A stretch of DNA of 64,000 nt from Dimargaris cristalligena (taxonomy: Eukaryota), in the NCBI GenBank assembly GCA_003614675.1, contig ML002229.1, positions 1 through 64,000 of the forward strand. Direction: 5' to 3'. A program made the translations under genes and the position numbers. The notes under the pieces were generated by a model. It searched no databases. It saw only the letters and a program-made list of their open reading frames with translations, and had not been told where the DNA came from. Positions 24,601 through 36,364 of the stretch are shown one piece after another. Every line of letters begins with the position of its first letter. Positions within the stretch are counted from its first letter, which is position 1.

Positions 24601-27600
24601 CAGGCAGAGGTATAGGAAGGTCAACGTGGGCTCAAAATGGCGAAATTACCCCTGAGAACCCTGGATCCTCTCCTTCACCACACACCCCACTATACGCTCG
24701 GGTACTATTGGCTGTTGAGGTAGGGGAGCTGGCTCAATGGTAGTGCAAGGTGGCGGGGAGTGTGTTTGAAAAACCCACCCGGACTTAGTATACATCTCCT
24801 AAAATTGCAGCTGAAAGATTCCCGAGCTCAAGCAGCCAATATAGGCAGGCGGATCAAAGACCAAGGCGCAAGTGAACGAGATCCACGCCCTGCGATGCCG
24901 TGGTTTAGGACCGGGTGACTTGATAAACCTGGCCAGAGGGGAGGGGACAGCAGCCCGTCTCCGCCTTGGCATGTTCCACTTTAGGCCTTTCAGGTGACGA
25001 TGGCCGATGGAAAATAGCATCGTTTCCCGTCTCTAAGCCCATCTACAAACGGCTAAATTTAAAAGGGTTAAAAGATACCTTTTATGATCATCCGCCAGTC
25101 TACTGGCAGGTTCGATTGGGCTCTGGGCACCACGGTGCTCCCAAAAATTATCAAGCCACTCTGCTCTACGGGAAACGGAGGCACCGGAGGCGTACCAACC
25201 ATCCCATACCGACACCGCTATGGTGGAAGATGGCCATTGTAAATAGGTTTAGGTAAGTGATATAGATACAGTGGTTTATTGAGAAGGTGGGAGGAGAAAG
25301 GATTGGCGTTTTTTTCTACCATTAGCGGCCACAATCATACCAAAAATACTACCAGCCCACCCTCCCAAACCTGCCTAGCGAGGGGTAGTAGTATTGTAGG
25401 AGAGGTTCCAGCGGATAAACCATGGCTTATACACACTTCCCCGTCGCTCTATATGGAAGACGGGATATGCATGGCAAGAAGCGAATATATATAGCCCATC
25501 TACGTACATGCGTGTACCGCGCTTCATTTGGCCAATACCAAACCAGGAAGAAAGAGAAGAGGGAATGCTAGACCATATTCTAGAGCCCGGATGTACATCG
25601 TGGAGCCCTATTTACGAATACCCACCCCTCCTCCCAGTGAGTAACGGCTGGGCTATAATAACCTGGACGTTATCGTCTAACCCAGTGTGTAGTATATACC
25701 CCCCCCTCCTTCGCTGCTTCCAACTTTACCCGGGATGGTCAGAGCCAGAATGGACGCTGGAAACTGCTGGCGGGATTGGTCAGTTTCTAGGCTAGACCGC
25801 CGCCAAGCTTCGGTTAGAATATTCAGAGATGCATTGGGCGGTTCCTAATATTTAGTGCGGCGCCCGGACAATACAGCCTCCCCCCGTATATCCACTGTAA
25901 AAACAAATGACGAAGAATGCCCAAATGGAATGGTAGGGTGGAGATTGTGTATAGTGCCATTGAAGACCTCCTGTAGGGTCTAATGGTGTAGACTATGATG
26001 GGGCGCCCCTTCTCCGCGCTGCCTTTTTCCTTGGATTTATCATGTTTTATATTTCATCCCTATCCATCCCGACTTGGTATGTCGGTAGGGCATGCAGCGA
26101 CTTGGCAGAACTGCATCAACCCACATCCCTCACCACCACCGGGTTTGATAAGGAAGGTCCAAGGTAAATGGAGAGGGGGGCACCTTGCTGAACAATACCG
26201 GCCAAAGGGGGGGTGATTAACTGGCCTAGCCTAGACCGCAAAGTGAAGTGCAGTGCAGTGAAGACGGATGGACCTCGGTGGGGCATTTAAACTGGGCCGG
26301 TGGGACTGGAAATAGCGGCGCCCCGTTTGGGGTCGGCTGTTTGGATACATGAATTAAGGGGATTGCCCGGGACTGCCCCTGTTCCGGCGAATCTCCTTCT
26401 TCATCCCCCTCCTCCTCCTAGGCTTATACACCACTTGGTCGGGCTATAAAAGATGCCCCGCTCGCTCCCCTTTACCCGTGCTACCTACAATAGTCTTCTC
26501 ACCCTCTCCTGTGCGCAGTCACTCTGGCGTGGCCCTTAGCAGCGCTTCACCACCTGTTTCCCCCGTTTTATACTGCGCTGTTTGTATTATTCCCTTTTTT
26601 AGCTATTGGACAATCTTGCTCACCTGTCCAGCCCAAAAACAGACACACACTCTCCCCCATTTTTGCTTGGACTATAGTTCATTGGCCCTTCAGATATATA
26701 GATATATACGTATTTCGTTGGTTATTGGCTCCAACCGGACCCTGGCGTTTCACACCCATTGGCGTGATTACTTTATATTAAACCTTTACACCCGACCGTG
26801 ACTGTTAATCCGGGTTATTTCATTTTATTCCCGCTTTCTTCGCCGCTTGCAGGCCGAGTATATAGTATCCCGGGTTCCTCCCCTCTTATCTCGACCCTTT
26901 CGCCGCTGTCTACGTCGTTATTGTCGTCCCGACCGCGTCTTCCCCAAATATAACTAGAACTTAGTGGCACCCTAAGGGCGAATTCCTTATTGGTGTGGAA
27001 TCAGGTAAATATACTAGGCCCGCTGGGCTTTTTGTATCTTGGACGGATGCAGTTTCAGCCCCGACTGTATAGAGTTGGGGCGGTGGTGGTGGGGCGTTTC
27101 ACTATTGTTGTTGTTGTACCTTGAAGTACATCGCCCCCCGGTAGACCCCAACCGTCGGAGCATTTGGGAATACGTTCTACTATATTGGGGGGCGGGCCTG
27201 GATGGGCGGGTGCGTGTGATGTGTGGTTGTCGAATGTGTATGGTTGGTGTGTGTGTTAGGTGTGAACAACGATGGCGCTGAGAATCCGTGGCAGACCGAC
27301 TGTACTATTCGTTCCCGCCTGGTATCCACCCCTTGTGTATTCCTCCTTTTTCTCCACCAGCCAGCCATTCGGTACATTAATCAACTCAACTGCATCCTCT
27401 CATTTCCAGTCGACAATTTTGCTCATACGGTTCTTCCAGTACACCGGGCTCATACTATTATCACCTCCCCCTGAACTGTGGTTTGGGTCACATGGCTTCT
27501 TGGGTGAGAATTGGGCTGGGTATGAACGGTGCACGGTACCTGCACTCTTAGGGACATGGTTAATGATGTCGGTGGCCCGATTTCACCTCACCCCATCGAA

Positions 27601-28158
27601 TAACCACCACCACCGGCGCCCCTCCCCTCGTCCAGACAAGAGAAGCAGAGGACCTGGGAAAAGGGGTGGTTTGTGCTGCCTATTCACGGTGATATACGTG
27701 TGTGTATGAGGGTCCCCCACCCGGGTGAATTTAAATCAGATAATAGCTCTCGTCATTAAAACTGATCTTGCCCAAGCGTGGCTTACCTGGACTGAATGGC
27801 CTTCACTAACCCACACACTCCCTGTTGTCTCGTATTCTGGCATTACATTCCGGCTGTCCCCTCGGTTCTTCCCCCGGCCGAACCTATCAGTTGAAATCAA
27901 CCTGCATCCGCCATTAAACCCCGATCCGTCTAAAATCGGCTAAATCCCACCTAGAATACCCATGCTGCTTCAGTGGACTCGTATTGCCAATTCTACAATT
28001 CCTTCTGCCCCCATCCTCCACCGCGGCCTTTAATCATCTCTAGTGACGCATTCCTCTCAGCTTCTCTTTCTGGCTTTGCTCATTCACCCCTGATTATTTA
28101 TCAACGCGTATCTGAACCGCCCTCGTTCACTCCAACAGCCTATCACTTGCTCATCGTC

Positions 28159-30109
28159 ATGGCGCCCAAACTGTTTATCACTTCGGCCCACGAATATACA
28201 GGTAACTAGCACAACAACTTTTCAGCACCGTCCCTCCCCCCTGACATTTCTAAACCGGCTGTATCAATCAATCAGATGGGATGGCCGGGTGAATCACTTT
28301 ATCCATCGTTTAATCGGGACATGAATCGGGCCACCGTCCGTGACTACTGACTTCCCCCCTATTATTCTTCTCCCTGGCCCCATTGTCTTTCCGTCGATCA
28401 CTAACGCCCATCCCATCCCTTTCCTTTTCCATATCCAAATTTACCCCCTTTTATCAACCCCGAATCCCCCCGGTTATCACCATGGCATCGACCCCCCAGG
28501 CTTCAAGATAGCCCAGTACATTCTCCAATTCCTGGCAGATTACCCGCGCCACCGCGGTGACGAAACTACCCCCCTAGACCCCGTTCTGGCCACGGGCCTG
28601 GAGCTCTTCGTGGGGTTACCCGATGGCCACTCGACCCAGGCCCGAGTCCTGGCCCAGTGGGGGGCCCACGTGGTCGAGTGCAGTGCCTCGGCCCCTTGGC
28701 CTTCCCAGCAGCCCCCCGCCGGGGAAACCGACTCCGTTCTTCCGGCATGGACGGGCATGCTCTCCGATACCCTTCGGGCCATGGACTACGTACTTATTGT
28801 GCCGTCCGCCCAACTAAACCGGGTCGGCCATACTCTGCAATGGATGGAAGCTTGTCGGGCCTGTCACGTACCCAACATCCTGCTGTGGTCGTCGATTTGT
28901 AATCAACAGACCAACTCCAAATATTTAAGCCAGTACCGACGACTGGAGCTGGCTTTGAGGGAGTTGGAGAACGCCCATTATTCCCCCACTACTACGACTA
29001 CGACTGCTACTGCTACCACCTCATCATCATCTACTCACTCGGGGCCGGCTCTTACCCGTCCGCCATTAAATTGGGCCATCGTGCGGACCGGTTGGTATAT
29101 GGAGTATCTCTACTTGCACCAAAGCCAAATCCAGACCCAGTCCCACCTGGCCCTGCCCATTCGGGCCGGCTACATGGCTCCCGTCCGACTCCGGGACGTG
29201 GCTATTGCGATTCTGAAAATCCTTGATCAAATGGCTTCTTTCGTGCACACCGGCCCGGGCGGCGGTGGCGCCCAGTCCTACCGCCGGACCTTCAATTTTA
29301 CTGGATCGGACCTTATGACCGGTCACTGGATGACCCAGGTGGCCAGCCAAACACTGCAAAAGCCCATCGAGTTCCGCCATACTTCATTGGATTCGACCTC
29401 CCAGTTTTTATTGGACCAACAACACCAGCACCTCCTCGTGCGACGGACCCCGTGGGCCACCAAGTCGGAGCATTTACCCAAGGCCGGGGCTGGGGCAGTG
29501 GACCCGCAGCCCTTGACCCTAACGGTCCCCCATTGCGATTCCGACTCCGGCTCGTCGGCTTCCTCGTCCCTCTCGGCCTCCTTGTCGCCGTCGGTGGAAA
29601 GTTCCCCCGTCCCCATTCCCCAACGCACTCTACCGCGGGCGGTAGCGGCCCTGGGCCGTCGACAGTTGGCCGATAATAATGACGCGGCGGGCCTCTCTAT
29701 GACTCCCCCTTCCGCGGTATTATTCACCGCCCGCCGGTGGCTCGTTCCAACCGCTTCGGCTACTTCCACACCCACCAACGAGGTCACCGGTGGCGGCGGT
29801 AGCGGGGGCGACCACCTCCTCCTCGATCTTCCCACCGATCGGTTCTCGTCCGCACTGGCGTCCCCGCGCGAGGGAAGCCTGCTAAACCACTTGGATCATC
29901 ATCAGCATCCACCCACCCACCCCATCAAATTAATCGGGGCGTTCGATATTGAATTTGTCCTGGAAATCTACGAAATGGCGCGGCGTAGCCGGTTCGATCT
30001 CATCACCGGCGATCTGGGGCGGGTATTGGGACGGGAACCGGAATCGCTGGGCACTTTCTTGAGTAAAAAACGGTCCGATTTCCTGCACCCGTTTTTAGAC
30101 GCCCGCTAA
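28159..30109 (+). CDS. NmrA-like / atypical SDR NAD(P)-binding protein, 2 exons: 28159-28201, 28500-30109
   Basis: MAPKLFITSAHEYTG|FKIAQYIL (Rossmann start with a degenerate Gly motif), WAIVRTGWYMEYL, MAPVRLRDVAIAI, FNFTGSDLMT, and C-terminal ITGDLGRVLGREPESL, typical of NmrA/QOR2-like proteins. Confidence 0.75.
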
Positions 30110-30879
30110 ATTCACCAGGATTGATTTTACTAGTGCGTAAACTTACCGGTCTTGGGGGCTATTCCCCCCAGTTTTGTTCCATTGCAACCTTCCCTCCGGA
30201 CCTCCTATACCAAGGGTTTTGCTTACCTATTCGTCTATTTAATACCACCACTCATGTATAACCACCCCAAGTTTGTCTGGCGCTATTTTAGTTCAAGGTG
30301 TTTTTTAGTGCCATAACACTCTCCCTTCGACTTCATTTATACGTCACTGTCCTTATTCGTATTGGTTTTTGTATTCGCTTACCACCCACTGATTATCGCA
30401 ATATATCCCACATGATTCGTGATAACGCAATAGCATTATCAGATAAATGTGAGCACTCATTTGTTGAGATGCGGTTATTATTGTGATAGTTCATTTGTAT
30501 ACCATACGTTTGCATTACTAAACCCAGACCAGTTGATATTTTTACCACCTCCTTACTTGAAGGGTTAGAATGACCTATGGTCAACCAATAAATTTGCTGT
30601 AATCATAGTAGAAATGCCTTTATGGCTGGTTATTAAGGGTGCCGGAAAGGACTTGTAATTGAGTAAGTGAGGATATGTAACCTGGTGGACTTTTTTGTAT
30701 AATTTGCCCTGTGTAATGAGGGGTTGGGGTAAAGGGAATACAGAGTACAGAGTACAGGGGGGGGGTTGGTTTTTGATTAGGGGGGTTAAATTAAACCCGG
30801 GTTCATATCCAAAGAGTTCCTCCTCTCTACATTTGCTGCCATTCCTATCCTTCTTTTCTTAACTCGACTCGCCTTGACC

Positions 30880-32285
30880 ATGGGCCACTACCTCATTCCG
30901 GCCCTCCTTCTCGTTGCCACAGGGTATGTATACCGCTCATTGTATAAGGCTGGTCAATTGCGAGCGGGCGCTAGGCAACCTGGTGAAGTAGTCGTCATTC
31001 TGGGCGCATCGTCGGGAATCGGCCGGGAACTAGGTAAGTCGCTTTTAAATGCACAGAGAATGGGATAGAACCAAAACACTCTACAGTCCCTTTTCCTTCT
31101 TGGCCCAATCGAGTGCTCCATTTGAACACCACCGGGCCGGCATTGCTACCAAGTCGAGGCTCAACTATACAAACACCTCAATTTATTAACGTACTGTTTA
31201 TTCCATTTATTTTTTTAACCCCCACCCCCTCCTTCCGGTACCTTGTCGCATTCTATATTTCAGCCCTACAGTATGCCCAACGCGGCGCCCGGTTGCTTCT
31301 AGTGGCCCGACGACAGGACCGACTCCGCCAATTAGTCCAAGAGTGTACGCAGTGCAATCCTTTGAGTCAGGTGGCCTACCAAGTAGCTGACCTAACTTCT
31401 GATACTGATTTAGCCCAACTCAGTCGCGCGTTGGACACCTGGTTGACCGACAACGACAACGACGACAAACATACCCCCATCGATACAGCTATTTTATGCG
31501 CCGGAGTTATCTCTGTTCGACCGTTCGTGGATTTAGCCTACGCCGCCGATTCCCTAACAACTCCTACTACATCCCCAACAACATCAACTGCGACACCAAA
31601 ACCTTCTCCTTGGTGCCTTACTCCGCCGACACTCATTCAGGCCCGGCTTCCCTGGGTGACCGCCCGGGTTCGGGATTTGCTCAACACCAATGTCACCGGA
31701 CTGGTAGCCGCCACCACGGTGGTCCTACCCCGCCTCGGACTGGCCCCGGCCGGCCGGTTGCTGGTCGTTTCATCGGCGGCCGGCAAGTCGGGCACCCCCA
31801 CCCGCGGCCTCTACGCCGCGAGCAAACACGCCCTCCACGGGTTCTTCGATACGTTACGCATGGAATTGGCGCCCACCACCCGTATATCGGTGTGCCTCGT
31901 TTGCCCCAGTACGGTGGATACCGAATTGCGGAACACGGCGGTGGACAATCAGAGCGATCCCAATCGCCCCTCCTCCTCTCCACCCAACATTTCGGCAACT
32001 GCGGAACCGGTCCCGAATCGCCAGACATTGGAAGAACCATCCGCCCGGGCCGATTCAGACTCGCAGACCACTGGGCTTATGCCCACTACCGGTTCCCATC
32101 CCGTCCCCGGTTCCAAGCGGGGCAAACTATCCCCCCAGGCCTGTGCCGCCCGTATTATCCGGGCCGCCGATAATACCGTGGAGCGGGAAGTGTATATCCC
32201 CGGGTACTTTGCCGTAGTGCCCTGGCTACAGTTAATTTGTCCCGCATTCGTGGATCGGCTTGCTCGCCAAAAGTACGGAATGTAG
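30880..32285 (+). CDS. Membrane-anchored short-chain dehydrogenase/reductase (DHRS7-like), 2 exons: 30880-31033, 31264-32285
   Basis: N-terminal hydrophobic anchor, GASSGIGREL|ALQYAQRGARLLLVARR, VSSAAG, and catalytic YAASKHAL. Confidence 0.9.
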
Positions 32286-32516
32286 ACGACGGTCGTATCG
32301 GTCAGGGATTGCATGCGGATATATGATGGAATATATACACTTTCATTTTTCAGCTGGGCTGAAACAGCCTCCATTTTTTTTTTCATTTCTAGCTAACTGC
32401 TGCACGCCTCCTCTGAAGCAAATGATGGTGTTTACAATTGATACTTCTATTATATATACAATTATGTACAGCTGGGTACGGAGAGAGGCTCATGTATGGC
32501 ATTAAATGGGGTAAGG

Positions 32517-35500
32517 CTATAGAGACAGGCCGCCAATGGCCGGATCCAGTTCTTCGGGGTTGTAGTTGATGTCCTGTTTATACGATTCTGAATAAGTCAT
32601 GGTGCGCACCATACGGTGGATGATTACGCTCTTTGGAAACGGATTGATGACTTTGAAATGGGAGATGGAGAGACCCGTGGCGGTAAATTTCGGGATATGG
32701 AAAGACAGGCTAGGGTACGAAATTGGCCGGAAACCCACAAAAATAGTATTAATTATAGTTTTGCCGTTGGATGATAAGATGCCTTCAAATGCAGCTATGC
32801 TGAATATCGCCGTGTTAGTGGTATTGGAAATGGCCATAAAACCTACCTAATTGGCCCTAGTTCGGATGGGTGAAGTGAGGATGAATCCGAAAAGGCCTAG
32901 TTGAGTTTAATGTCCAGGGGGAGAAGAGCATTAGGGGTTGGTCATAAAATACGGTTAGATAATTAAAAGGGCGGAGGGAGGTGGTAGAAAACCACATTAA
33001 CAACCCTCTCTATCGCTAACTATACGCCATATAGTATTCCTCTATTTAGCTGATTACCTACCCTAAAGTCCAGGGTCCGTTCGGTTCCTCCGGGGTAATG
33101 GGGGAAGGTGTACCTCACACAGGCAGGATGGGGGTCAAACACTGAAGTCACCTGCAGGGCCTTTGTGGCGGGATAACGCGGGGAACTCGAGGGTAAAAAC
33201 TGGACTTCCGAAGTATCGAAAGGCAACGGGATACTAACCACGAGGTTTTCGGCCACGCGGCTTTCACTAAAATCACCCCGGAGTCGGAGATGAAAATCGA
33301 TCGAATAGCGGGTGGGTGGGGGTAGGGGGACCGGTGCGCTTGGGTCACAAAATGAAGCACTTAGAGCGGATCGAGCGTTTTGCGGTAGGGGCCGGGCGAA
33401 TGGACCGGCGATCAGCGAAGTACTGAGCGATCTAGCACCTGGGTAGCGCGGAACCGGGGAGGGGCGTAGGGGTTGCCATCGGATCAGCTCCGAAGGGTGG
33501 GGGAATAGGTCGGGTTTACTTTCCACAATATCGTCCAGAAAGCAGAACAGTCGGAATAGGACGGGCACCTCCCAAGAGACTCGGTAGCTAATGCGAGGGT
33601 TAGATAGAATGGGAGTAAGGATGGTGGTTAGGAGCCAAACTTGGGCGAGGGGTCTGGTAGGTCAGCAATTAACCAATATGTTAAAAATTGGCAAGATTGT
33701 AAATAAATCCGAGGCAATCCCCATATAATGTATTATGCCAGCCTAAGGCCGCTTACCTTAAAATGTCAAGTTGGTGCTGGGGTTGGGTGGGTGTAAATAC
33801 GTATATGGGTTGACGCATGTGGTTCGACCGCTTGATTACCATCGGATGAGTGGCAGTTTCGGAAAAAGGGATTACAGAAGGATGCAGCTCGGCCAGATCT
33901 GGTGGGATAAGATGCAGAAAATTAACAATAACGAGCAATACCGGTTAGTATATAGGACAAGTTGCTCGACTACTATCATAAGTCGCTAATGAGGATTTAA
34001 TAGATATTTAGGGCACAGGTATTATAAACCTACCGGGATAAATATCTTGGTGTACATGGTGGGGGGATAACCCGATTTCAATAGGAAGAAGGCACGCCAA
34101 ATCCGTTCGCAGACTGAGGACACCCTTGATTTCGGCACTATGGATTGATCCCTAAATATCGAGAATATCATGCAAAATGGATAATGATATTGAGGAAAGA
34201 TAGGTCTTGTATATAACTGTCAGCTGAGAGACTTGGATTAAATACGCACCCTATCCAGTACATATAGCATCACTTACCACAGCATCGAACTGGATATGCA
34301 CAGTCTCAATCAGGTCGAGGCTCACCGAGCCCGCCGGTGGATTTTCGGGGGGCGATGGGCTGGCAACTTGAGGGGATATTGGTAGAGAGGAGCTTAACGG
34401 CGGTGGCTCTGTGGCAGCGGCCTTATAGAAACAATTATTGAGGTAGTATAGCATTGAATACATTAGTACCCACATTTGCACAAAGAACTGGTATTAGCTG
34501 TTCCATAGCTGATGGTATTTGGCCAAGTCTGGGGGTGCTTTCCATCGCCCAAAACCTCCACGAATGGTTCAAGAAACACATTAATGTATACCATATAAAA
34601 CACACTTACTCCGGTAAGATCGCGTACAATCTCATCGTACCACGTGCGTATCAATGGGCCCTGGGCTCTAATTAGCGCAGGGAATATATTGCCAAGGTGT
34701 TTTTTCATACGACTGCTAAGCCGCATAAGGGCCGTCAAAGCGGTGACGACGCCCAACGAAAAGACGGCGGACCCCATGCCCGCCCGACTGGGGGGTCGTT
34801 CGCTGATGGTGAGGGAGCGTATGGAGCGACTACTACTGGCCAATATGCCCCCCATCTGGGCGGTAGACCGGGTGGGGGATGAACTGCTGCCCCCACTGGT
34901 ATCAGACCGCAGACTGGAGCTCAGTAGAACGGGATGGAGGAGCGGGGAGCCTAATACCGGCGTATTCGAGCGTGATCGGCCCGGGGCTGGCGGGGCTGTG
35001 GCGGCCGTAACTAGCGGGGGTGGATACGATGTAGTTGGGGTTGGTATCGATTTCTTCATCGGTAGTCCAGTTAGGGAGGTGGGCGGGGGAACTTGGCGGG
35101 AATGCAGGGTCTCCTCTTCGCCCATTCGCACCACCAAGTAAATACATTCGTCAACCAGAAAGTACACGAATTGAGTCACACCAACCGCGACGGTTCCACT
35201 GGACACGGGGGCTGGGGTCTGAAACTGGTGGAGTTTGGCTAGTAGAGGCGTAAGCTGGGTAGAGCCTGGGTACCATGTACCGTGCCGCCATTTAATTCAG
35301 ACATTGTTAATAACTTGAGAAAGTTAGACTATGAGCTCCCTTGAAACTGGATTTATCGTAATATCCCCCTCCCGACTTTTTCCGAGACAGCAGTACTACC
35401 ACCTCCTCGCCATCCCAGAGCCGAACCATCCGCAGCCGGTGGGCCATTTGGACAATGTAATAGGTAAATGAGCTCATGCTAGTATTGTATTGTATTGCAC

Positions 35501-35600
35501 AGAACGGACTAGCAACATGCCAGGCCGGGCGGTGTTTGGACTTACCGGTGGGCCCGATGAGCAGTTCCCCGTCTGCAGTGAAGACCAGTAACTGGCCCAT
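32517..35600 (-). CDS. Divergent adaptor-protein complex mu subunit (AP-4 mu-like), multi-exon
   Basis: N-terminal MGQLLVFTADGELL (longin-like start). Mu-homology-domain blocks: VSLDLIETVHIQFD, VAENLVVSIPLP, YTFPHYPGGTERTL, SLSFHIPKFTATGLSISHFKV, RMVRTMTYSESY. Not all exons resolved. Confidence 0.65.
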
Positions 35601-36364
35601 GGCAAGAGGGTTTTAAATGGCGCTGGGTTACGGCGAATATAGGAGGGAGGTGTAGGAAACTTTAAGCGAAGGGGGTATGGAGCAAGAAAAAACACACTAA
35701 GTAGACGAAAGAATGGTTGGCCCATGGGTGAGAATGACTGCTAGTTAAAAATGCCAGGCAGCTTAAGTTCCCAGTGGCCTGCGGCGAGTGGCGAGATCCA
35801 TAGGTATGTGACCTGGGGGGATTTCAAGCGGACCCTGAATCAAGGGGAAAAGGGGGAGGAAGAAGATGGGGATGAGGATGATGGGCCCGTGCCCGGTCAC
35901 ATGATTAACCGCCACTACCTCAGTTAAAATTGTAGTATCGTGAGCATGTCGGCGATCAGCTTTCGGTACCCGGTTATCAACTCACCCGGCAATTATTATG
36001 ACACAACTGATGATTACTGATTATTCCAACAATTGCAACAGATTCCAATTAATACGCCGAATCCCATGTACATGTTTCCATGCCTTCTAGAAGTAAATGC
36101 CCAACTAATGACTTCAGTTTTATGATAACAACCATGTGCCATGCCGATTTTATAATGATATTTTGAATTATGGAACGAAACCTGGCATGTTTATAACGAT
36201 TGATTCACGACCTCGGCTGGGGGAGCCCTATTCCATCTGGAAAGCAAAATGTACTTGTTCATAGCTCCTTTACATTTTCATAACCTGACTGAAATAACTA
36301 TTATTAGTTAATATTCTATTCTAAACATCGGTTTTCCTCTATATTCTGATACCTTCGGGAGATT

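Noticed and set aside
24723..24780. tRNA-like 5' sequence GGGGAGCTGGCTCAATGGTAG (A-box-like)
   Set aside because: No anticodon arm, no GTTCRA T-loop and no complementary acceptor stem could be found. tRNAscan-SE would settle it.
27259..27330. GGTGT...GCGCTGAGAA resembling the 5' half of a fungal TPP riboswitch, inside the putative leader intron
   Set aside because: The 3' half (ACC..GAACTTGAT...TAAT..AGCG) is absent, and the downstream gene is not a thiamine gene.
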